Origin: Candidatus Woesearchaeota archaeon
GTDB lineage: Archaea > Nanobdellota > Nanobdellia > Pacearchaeales > GW2011-AR1
Direction: 5' to 3'
Length of the DNA stretch: 64,000 nt
NCBI GenBank assembly: GCA_964366325.1
Contig: CAYITD010000005.1
Location: 8,267-72,266, forward strand
The notes under the pieces were generated by a model, which ran no database searches, was not told where the DNA came from, and saw nothing but the letters and a program-made list of their open reading frames with translations. This document shows, piece by piece, positions 51,907 to 59,151 of this stretch (within the stretch, counting starts at the first letter, position 1; each line of letters starts with the position of its first letter). A program made the position numbers and the translations under genes.

Positions 51907-52599
51907 ATGAAAAAGCCTTATATAAGGAAGTTTAGAGATGTTGGAGCATTTAGTGTTTGGATAGTTGATGGGAAATATGTGAGAAGCTATATAGATGAAG
52001 AGTTCACAAACTTCGGTCAACACTTTAGATTCAAATTCATTCCTAAGAATGAATTTTGGATTGACAAAGAGAATTCTGGAGATGAAAGCAGATTTTTTAT
52101 AGATCACCTGCTCTTAGAGAATAGTTTAATGAAATCTGGAGTAAAATATAAAAAAGCGATAGAGACTGCTGACCTTAAAGAAAAAAAAGAGAGATCTAAA
52201 AGTTCATTTTACAAAAGAAATGTTAAACTTGAAAGAAAACACGATAAGAAATTAATAAAGAGAATTCATAAAAGCTTGTTGAGAAGATATAGTAATGAAC
52301 GAATTAAAGTTTGGGTTGTAAATGGGGAATTAGTAAGAGATTTGTTTTTTATTGATTTTACAGAGGGAGGACATGATAAAGTTTACAAATTTGTTCCTAT
52401 GAATGAAATTTGGATCGATGACGATCTTTCTAAGGAAGAATTAAAGTTTGTTTTGCTACATGAATTACATGAAAGGAACCTTATGTCTAAAGGTGAAAAA
52501 TATGAAAAGGCGCATTATTCCGCCAGTGAAATTGAATATCATTGCAGACATCATCCAAAAGAAATTGATAAAAAATTGAAAGAAGAGATGTTGAAGTAA
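51907..52599 (+). CDS. hypothetical protein made of two homologous halves, the second with an HExxH motif
   Basis: VWIVDGKYVRSYIDEEFTNFGQH..FIPKNEFWID..HLLLENSLMKSGVKYKKA versus VWVVNGELVRDLFFIDFTEGGHD..FVPMNEIWID..LLHELHERNLMSKGEKYEKA. Confidence 0.45.
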   Translation: MKKPYIRKFRDVGAFSVWIVDGKYVRSYIDEEFTNFGQHFRFKFIPKNEFWIDKENSGDESRFFIDHLLLENSLMKSGVKYKKAIETADLKEKKERSKSSFYKRNVKLERKHDKKLIKRIHKSLLRRYSNERIKVWVVNGELVRDLFFIDFTEGGHDKVYKFVPMNEIWIDDDLSKEELKFVLLHELHERNLMSKGEKYEKAHYSASEIEYHCRHHPKEIDKKLKEEMLK

Positions 52600-52604
52600 A
52601 AGGT

Positions 52605-52657
52605 GGACTCGGCATGCCGCTACGCCGAGTCCTTTCATCTCAGCCATTCAGAGATGA
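52605..52657 (+). terminator. two consecutive hairpins, the first GC-rich, downstream of the 51907-52599 ORF
   Basis: GGACTCGGC-10 nt-GCCGAGTCC (52605-52632) followed by TTT; TCATCTC-9 nt-GAGATGA (52635-52657). Confidence 0.4.
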
Positions 52658-52712
52658 ATATGACAAGGTTTATATATTGCTTAATGTATTGATAAATGTT
52701 TTGTATTAAAAG

Positions 52713-55700
52713 ATGGTGAATCGTAAGGTCAATTTCGCTTTGTCCGCTTGTTGTTTTTTACTCTTTGTTGCGTTGATTAGTTTTTCTTCTGCTTTAGATG
52801 CTAATTTTAGTATTGTTGGGAACCCTAAAGCTTTCATTAATTTAAAAGAAAATAACACTTTTAATTTTACTGTGGGTGCTATGAGCGAGAACATCAGTCA
52901 AATAAAAATAACCTATATAACTTCTTTGAGCGGTTCTGAAATATATACTTACGTAAATGGAACCAACGGGACTGGCGCGGTAAGTGTTTTCTTTAATGAT
53001 ACTACTAACTATAGCGGAGGCGTTTCGAGGACTTATACATTTGTTTTTGGTAACACCAGCTCTGCTGGAATCGTTGGAAATGGTTCGACAAAAAATTTTT
53101 GGATAACAATTAGTGCGCCTAGGGCTATACAAAGCGCCCCTAATGTAGTTATTAATGCCACAGGTTTATCTGGAAATACAAATTCAACATCATTTCAGCT
53201 TTATTCTGCATTTGCATTTAGTGGATATGTGCTAAATGAAACTGGATGTTCTACATGCTGGCAGAATGGAACTAATGTTAGTATCTATGGAATTACTAAT
53301 TCCCCAGGTGGAATGGGGCCGCCTACTTCGGTCTTTCTTTCTGATTCTATAACTAATGAAAGTGGTTACTTTAGAATATCTCAGGTGAATAATTCTGGTG
53401 GCTTCAATGGTTTTAAACTTAAAATGATAGTTTACAATGCAACGAACGTGGCTACTAAAGTTGGCTCAATAATGCCAGAATTTCCTTCATTCATGTTTTA
53501 TGGAGGAGGAAGTGGAGAGACTGGAGAGTTTGATATGTCTCTCAATGGAGCTACTTTCTATCTTCAGCAGGCCGCAACAATAAATCTTTACGCGCATAAT
53601 GGCTCGATTCCAGTTAATTTTGGATATGAACTTGTTGATCAAGTTTTGGGATTTCCTATTGAGAGCAATGTTCAGGGAAGAGTAAATAGTACGAGTGTAG
53701 TTGTTCCAGCAAATAGAGCATATACTGTCTCTCAATACAGAATGTTTTCACCTCCTGGATCTACCTTTGGATATGTGATGAGTTCTATTTGTCAAGGAAC
53801 TGACTTCATGAATAGTACAGATTGTCCTACTCCTCCAAAATCTATTTCTACAGGATCTTTAAGTGGCGGACAAATATACAATGTCAATCAAAGTCTTGTT
53901 GTTAGAAAGGCGTATGTTCATGGATGCATAAATCCGGCTGATGGATCAAACAATACTGGAATTAATTTGACGGCTATATCTATAAAAATGTTGCCTTGGA
54001 CATCCGCTTCTGGAAGTTTTGTACCTCCGAGGAGCGGAGATGATGGGACAATAAATATTTCTTCACCTAACCAATTCAATAAAAGTTACCCTGGTTGTTT
54101 GGCCTATTATAATATTTCTTTATTGAATAACACAGGATATATGCTTGAGATGTACGCAAAAAATTCTTCCAATGAAGCTGGAAATCCAGGCAATGCTAAT
54201 AACCTCGCAGGTTTTAAAAATCTCACTTCTCTTGACGGTCTTCAAGTTAATATTACGCTTTATAAATTGGTTGGAAACTACTTCGCTGGTTCTGTGAGTG
54301 GTTTGCCTGTCAACACTTCCGCCATGAAGATAAATATTGTTAATTCTACAGGAGGGCCTATAACTACCCAGGTCAGCGCTAATGTGAAAGTAAAAAACAC
54401 TAATGCAGGCATAGGCACTGTTTACTATATGATTGATTCTTCATCTATAACAAACGGTACGTTTTACCTTCCAGTCCTTAACAACTCAAATTATGCTAAG
54501 GTAATGGTTTTTTCTAATAACGGACCTCCAAAAGAAACGAGCATCAATTTGAGTGCTGCTGAAACTAACGTTACTGTAAAGTCTATGAATGGTAATGACA
54601 AGGGATTTAGAAAGCTCCAGTCAAATGGCAGTTTAGATGTTTTGAACGCCACTTCAACTTCCATAAAGTTGAGGTTCTTAAGTGCAAGTCAAACTGGTTG
54701 CGATGTTCCTAATATTCCTGACAATAGTAGTTGTGTAATAACTACTATGGACGCTAATAACTTTAACCCTTTGAAGGCCATGCTGGCTGGGAAGGTGAAT
54801 ATGGAAATAAAAATAGCAAGTACTAATACTTCTTTGATATTCCATAATTATGATATGATGTCTGCAAAGCAACCGCCTATGGATTCTATTATGGATGAAA
54901 ATGCAAGCTCTAGAAAGACTTCATCTGGCTTGGCATCTGTGCAGGATCAATGGAACTTCGGCAGCTTTGCTCCACCTGATTCATATTCAAATGTAACCAT
55001 AACTATGCCTTATTCAGATACATCATCCTCTACTAACTATATTAATGACTCTAAGGAAATAAATGTTTCTTTAGGTGCTTTATATGATGAGAATAATAGA
55101 GTTGTTTGGAATGTCACTAGGGGAGATACTTCGTCTAATTTAACGGACGAGTTTATTGATTATAACAATACATTCTATAATGGTTTGCTTTTAACTGGAG
55201 GGGTAGTTTGTGGAAATTACACGAACCAGACTTGTTTTGTGAACACTTCTGCGAACTATATAAGTATGAAAGTGCCTCATTTTTCTACAGTTGGCGCCGT
55301 TGTCTTGGGGGCATCTACTTTGTCGAGTTCAACTACTGCTTCAACTACTACATCCACCGGTGGCTCTTCTTCTGGTAGTAGCGTTGTCAGTACTTTCTGG
55401 AAAAATACATACAGCTATGATACAAAGGAATTGATGGAGAGCCTCCCGCTTAGTAGAGAATTAAAAAAAGCAAGTAGGATTAAAGTTAAGATAAGCAATG
55501 AAGCCCACTACGTCGGTATTGCTTCAATTAATCAAATGCAAGTTACAATAAATGTGTCTAGCAAACCGCAGGAAGCTACTTTGATTTTGGGAGAGGAGAA
55601 GAAATTTGAGGTTAATGAGGATGATTATTATGATCTAAAAGTCAAGTTAAATAGTATACAGAATGGCAGCGCCAATATAACGATTACTGGAATTCATGAG

Positions 55701-55946
55701 CAGTTAATTAAACAAAATGACGCAAAAGATAAAAATAATGCGACCATAACAGGAAGTTCGGTTGACGTGGATGGAGAACAGGAAATTGCCAGTTCTCCGT
55801 TGTCTGAAAAAAAATATGGAACTGTTATTTTGATATCTGTAATCTTACTTGTCGTTGCATTGGTCTCTTTTATATGGTATTTTGTAGATAAAAAGAATAA
55901 AAACCGGTATGGTAAAAAAGGATTTTATAGTTTTGTTTTCTTCTAA
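52713..55946 (+). CDS. giant surface (S-layer-like) glycoprotein with signal peptide and C-terminal TM anchor
   Basis: Signal ACCFLLFVALISFSSA; roughly fifty N-x-S/T sequons by eye; Ser/Thr linker SSSTTASTTTSTGGSSSGSS; C-terminal TM VILISVILLVVALVSFIWYF plus a basic tail. Confidence 0.55.
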   Translation: MVNRKVNFALSACCFLLFVALISFSSALDANFSIVGNPKAFINLKENNTFNFTVGAMSENISQIKITYITSLSGSEIYTYVNGTNGTGAVSVFFNDTTNYSGGVSRTYTFVFGNTSSAGIVGNGSTKNFWITISAPRAIQSAPNVVINATGLSGNTNSTSFQLYSAFAFSGYVLNETGCSTCWQNGTNVSIYGITNSPGGMGPPTSVFLSDSITNESGYFRISQVNNSGGFNGFKLKMIVYNATNVATKVGSIMPEFPSFMFYGGGSGETGEFDMSLNGATFYLQQAATINLYAHNGSIPVNFGYELVDQVLGFPIESNVQGRVNSTSVVVPANRAYTVSQYRMFSPPGSTFGYVMSSICQGTDFMNSTDCPTPPKSISTGSLSGGQIYNVNQSLVVRKAYVHGCINPADGSNNTGINLTAISIKMLPWTSASGSFVPPRSGDDGTINISSPNQFNKSYPGCLAYYNISLLNNTGYMLEMYAKNSSNEAGNPGNANNLAGFKNLTSLDGLQVNITLYKLVGNYFAGSVSGLPVNTSAMKINIVNSTGGPITTQVSANVKVKNTNAGIGTVYYMIDSSSITNGTFYLPVLNNSNYAKVMVFSNNGPPKETSINLSAAETNVTVKSMNGNDKGFRKLQSNGSLDVLNATSTSIKLRFLSASQTGCDVPNIPDNSSCVITTMDANNFNPLKAMLAGKVNMEIKIASTNTSLIFHNYDMMSAKQPPMDSIMDENASSRKTSSGLASVQDQWNFGSFAPPDSYSNVTITMPYSDTSSSTNYINDSKEINVSLGALYDENNRVVWNVTRGDTSSNLTDEFIDYNNTFYNGLLLTGGVVCGNYTNQTCFVNTSANYISMKVPHFSTVGAVVLGASTLSSSTTASTTTSTGGSSSGSSVVSTFWKNTYSYDTKELMESLPLSRELKKASRIKVKISNEAHYVGIASINQMQVTINVSSKPQEATLILGEEKKFEVNEDDYYDLKVKLNSIQNGSANITITGIHEQLIKQNDAKDKNNATITGSSVDVDGEQEIASSPLSEKKYGTVILISVILLVVALVSFIWYFVDKKNKNRYGKKGFYSFVFF

Positions 55947-55947
55947 T

Positions 55948-56256
55948 TTAGAATAAATCAACAAAGGTTCTGCAGAAACGTTCTTTTGCTATTTTTAGAC
56001 CTTTAGTGCCTTCAGCAGTTAAAGAATAATAAATTGATTTTCCTTCTTTCTTTTCTTTTATTAAACCGGCTTCTTTTAATGATTTTAAAGCAGGGTAAAC
56101 GGTTCCAGGGCTTGGTTTCTCTCCTTTTCTCTTTTCAATCTCTTTCGCAAGGTCTTGCCCAGACATTTCTTTTTTTGAAACAAGGAATAAAATAAGGAAA
56201 GAGAGAAAACCGCGCATATCACAGCAATAACTATCTGGACATTTTTCTTTTGACAT
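55948..56256 (-). CDS. padR: PadR-family transcriptional regulator
   Basis: LSFLILFLVSKKEMSGQDLAKEIE..PSPGTVYPALKSLKEAGLI..YYSLTAEG. Confidence 0.8.
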   Translation of the reverse strand: MSKEKCPDSYCCDMRGFLSFLILFLVSKKEMSGQDLAKEIEKRKGEKPSPGTVYPALKSLKEAGLIKEKKEGKSIYYSLTAEGTKGLKIAKERFCRTFVDLF

Positions 56257-56328
56257 TTTATTATTGGGTGACCGATATATTTAAATACTTGTATTGTTCT
56301 TATATCGCATGACCGATACTAATATGAA

Positions 56329-56457
56329 GAAATTTCCTGAAAATCTCTATGTAAACCGCAGCAAGTTGTTGGATATTTTGCGATTTTCCAATGCGGAAAT
56401 TTCTAATTACCATTTGGCCGATGCAAACATCGGAGTGTTAAGCTCAAATGGCAATGA
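56329..56457 (+). repeat. intergenic hairpin repeat family, copy F (collinear with modules 3-4 of copy B)
   Basis: Shared GAAATTTCCT (56329-56338), GGAAATTTCTAATT (56395-56408), hairpin CCGATG-CAAA-CATCGG, tail AGTGTTAAGCTCAAATGGCAATGAAAG. Confidence 0.65.
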
Positions 56458-56639
56458 AAGGAGGTGGATGTAAAATGGAGTGTTATGGATATTCTGGAGG
56501 AAGCTGTGGCTCTGGTCGAACAATGAGAGGTTTTCTTACAAAGGAAGAAAAGATACAAATGTTAAAAGATTACAAGGAAAGCCTTGATAAAGAGTCTAAA
56601 GGAGTAGGGGAGAGAATTTCTGAGATTGAAGATGAGTAA
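56448..56639 (+). CDS. small Gly/Cys-rich N-terminus plus coiled-coil protein
   Basis: 63-aa ORF; alternative ATG 56475 is preceded by AAGGAGG; architecture reminiscent of DUF5320-type proteins, weak call. Confidence 0.35.
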   Translation: MAMKGGGCKMECYGYSGGSCGSGRTMRGFLTKEEKIQMLKDYKESLDKESKGVGERISEIEDE

Positions 56640-56711
56640 ATCCTCTTTTTATTTTTTTGTTTTATTTTTATTTATAGGGAAATTTATAAAGATTGATCTT
56701 GTTATTATTTT

Positions 56712-57266
56712 ATGCAATCTTTAAAGATAAAAAAGAAAACAGGAATGTTTTTAATAGCTGTTTTGGTTGTTTTAATTATGGCTGTTGTATTGATTCAGAA
56801 ACAAGGAGAAAAGGCTAAAGTGGTTGTTTTGGAAACTAACTATGGGAAAATAGAAATCGCGTTGGCTAAAGACATGCCTATAACTGCTGGAAATTTTGAG
56901 AAACTTGTAACTGGAGGCTTTTACGATGGTTTGGTTTTTCATAGAGTTATAGAAGGATTTATGATACAAGGTGGAGATCCTAAAGGAGACGGCACTGGAG
57001 GACCTGGCTACACAATTCAGGATGAATTTTCTGATAATAATCATAATTTGAGGGGAACCATATCCATGGCTAATGCTGGACCAAATACTGGAGGAAGTCA
57101 GTTTTTCATTAATGTAAACGATAATGTGTTTTTAGATAGAAAGCATCCTGTCTTTGGAAAAGTTGTAAAAGGTATGGATGTAGTTGATAAAATTGTAAAT
57201 GCAAAAACAGATTCTAATGATAGGCCTATTGAAGAAATTAAAATAATTAGAGCGAAAGTTTTGTGA
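56712..57266 (+). CDS. ppiB: cyclophilin-type peptidyl-prolyl isomerase with N-terminal anchor
   Basis: FHRVIEGFMIQGGDP, GTISMANAGPNTGGSQFFI, HPVFGKVV. Confidence 0.9.
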   Translation: MQSLKIKKKTGMFLIAVLVVLIMAVVLIQKQGEKAKVVVLETNYGKIEIALAKDMPITAGNFEKLVTGGFYDGLVFHRVIEGFMIQGGDPKGDGTGGPGYTIQDEFSDNNHNLRGTISMANAGPNTGGSQFFINVNDNVFLDRKHPVFGKVVKGMDVVDKIVNAKTDSNDRPIEEIKIIRAKVL

Positions 57267-57277
57267 TTAATTTTAAA

Positions 57278-58342
57278 TTATCTCTTTCCTTGTAATCTCT
57301 TGATAGCTTCTTCTCCAAGTCTTTCTTTCTTCAAGTAAAAGCTATCTTTGAACTCTTTCCAATATCTTTCTCTATCGTAGTGCATTAGCGCTATGAAAGT
57401 AATAATCATTGTGATTAAAGCACCTAGGCCAGCTAGAGCCATATCTTTAATTGCATCAAATTCATCCCCCTGTGTGCCTAAATAAGCAATTCCAAGGTCT
57501 CCTCCGAATATGACTGCTGTTAACCATTCTATTATTTCGTATATTGCACTTAATGCCAAAACAAATTCTATAGGGAGATACAAAGACCAAAACCCTTTAA
57601 CTTTGCTAATTCTGATAAATGTCTCTCTGATTGCGTAAACCATTAAAAATCCAAAGCAAAAATGAACTACCCTATCATAATGATTTCTCCCTAAGGCTAA
57701 GAAATCTTTTAACCAATAACCAAATGGAACTTCTGCATAAGTGTAATGTGAACCTATTATGTTCAAGACCATAAACACAAACATTAGGCCATATGAAAGT
57801 CTAGAATATTTGAACCATCTATGTGTTAGATATAAAATAATTAGGAAAGTTAAATTTATTATATTTTCAAGTATCCAATCGTTAAAATATTTTACATTGA
57901 ATGCTAGGATCAGCCATATCCAAAGGAAAAGAATAAACAAGAGCAAATGATAACTATCTTTTTTCTTCATTTTTATGAAAACATGATTGAAAAATATTGA
58001 AACTAAAAGTGAAATGATAAAAATAGTCCAAGGTCCGAGAACAAGATTTATTACAATTGGGGAATTCCAAACATATTTGCTACCAAAACTCACTGTCAAT
58101 GAAATAAAAGTCCAAAATCCGGCGTTTATTACTAAGAATAGATTTGCTAGTCCTTTTTTATGATAGGAATAGGTAATTGTTCCTAAAGTCAATATGCACA
58201 TTATTAATTTAGAAAAGAATCCTAGAGAATCAAATCTTTGCCCAAGGAAGAAATAAAGAAGAAGTATAAACATTAAGATAAAAAATAGAAGGAGAGGATT
58301 TGTCTTTTCTTTAAAAATAAAGTTCTTAACTCTTTTCGCCAC
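57278..58342 (-). CDS. polytopic membrane protein, C-terminal DUF2238/YjdF-like
   Basis: About 10 TM; YDRVVHFCFGFLMVYAIRETF and YEIIEWLTAVIFGGDLG patterns; GTG start. Confidence 0.45.
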   Translation of the reverse strand: MAKRVKNFIFKEKTNPLLLFFILMFILLLYFFLGQRFDSLGFFSKLIMCILTLGTITYSYHKKGLANLFLVINAGFWTFISLTVSFGSKYVWNSPIVINLVLGPWTIFIISLLVSIFFNHVFIKMKKKDSYHLLLFILFLWIWLILAFNVKYFNDWILENIINLTFLIILYLTHRWFKYSRLSYGLMFVFMVLNIIGSHYTYAEVPFGYWLKDFLALGRNHYDRVVHFCFGFLMVYAIRETFIRISKVKGFWSLYLPIEFVLALSAIYEIIEWLTAVIFGGDLGIAYLGTQGDEFDAIKDMALAGLGALITMIITFIALMHYDRERYWKEFKDSFYLKKERLGEEAIKRLQGKR

Positions 58343-58392
58343 ATTTTGAGAGCACTTTTTATTATTTAAAGTTTTCTTGATAAAATTGTTGT

Positions 58393-58491
58393 TTATTCTT
58401 TAGGCAACTTGCCTAAAATTCCTCTTTTTCTTTTCTTTGCTGGTTTCTTTTTGTTGTGCCCGAATCCAGAAGTTGCGTATTTACTTCTCAT
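58393..58491 (-). CDS. possible 32-aa highly basic peptide
   Basis: MRSKYATSGFGHNKKKPAKKRKRGILGKLPKE; GGTATATATT box about 25 nt upstream of the ATG; below the ORF-track cutoff. Confidence 0.3.
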   Translation of the reverse strand: MRSKYATSGFGHNKKKPAKKRKRGILGKLPKE

Positions 58492-58638
58492 ACCTAATTT
58501 AAAACTATGGAGAATATATACCTTCCGATAAAGAGGATTTTATAAAATTGCTCAAAATCTCTGATGATAAGTTTTAATTCTTAGAGTATAATATTTTACC
58601 ACAGAAATATATTTAAAGCGAAAAATAGGAAGAGAGAA

Positions 58639-59112
58639 ATGGCTGTAGCAAATAGATTTGAAGAAAATGAACATCTTGCAACTGGGTTGTTGGGGTTTCT
58701 TAGTGCTAATGGTGTACCAACTGATATGGACAAAATTTATAGGGTTGTTTCCGTGGTTGGAGAGGTAATAGCTAGATCTTTCGATATCCCTCGCTCTGAT
58801 ATACACCCTGAAAGTAATCTGACCAGAGATTTTGGAGCTACTAATGTTGAATGGCTAGACGTGTCTCATGAATTAGGAAAAAGACTAAGAATTGGAGATT
58901 TACAAGAAATAAAACCTGGAATTAGGCTGAACAATAATGATAGAACTTTGTATGTGGATTCTATAGACACAACAGAATACTTTGGCTTGTCTGTAAGAGC
59001 TATGGCTCCCCAGGATGTTGATAGACTCGGAAGGGAAAGATCTGGAAGGGCTTTTCTTGAAGGAACTAATGTACTGAGTTTAATGGTCTATGCTTATTCT
59101 AGAATGAGTTGA
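58639..59112 (+). CDS. hypothetical protein with acyl-carrier-protein-like segment lacking the Ser attachment site
   Basis: IARSFDIPRSDIHPESNLTRDFGATNVEWLDVSHELGKRLRI parallels the ACP pattern ..DLGxDSLDxVELVxxLE.. with DS replaced by TN. Confidence 0.3.
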   Translation: MAVANRFEENEHLATGLLGFLSANGVPTDMDKIYRVVSVVGEVIARSFDIPRSDIHPESNLTRDFGATNVEWLDVSHELGKRLRIGDLQEIKPGIRLNNNDRTLYVDSIDTTEYFGLSVRAMAPQDVDRLGRERSGRAFLEGTNVLSLMVYAYSRMS

Positions 59113-59151
59113 AAGGGAATAATTTTTAAACTCCTTAACTCAGAAAGGCTG

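Noticed and set aside
52842-54872. Several 60-96-aa minus-strand ORFs inside the 1077-aa surface protein gene, and similar ones inside other long genes
   Set aside because: Short antisense ORFs are expected by chance. They have no promoter boxes or motifs.
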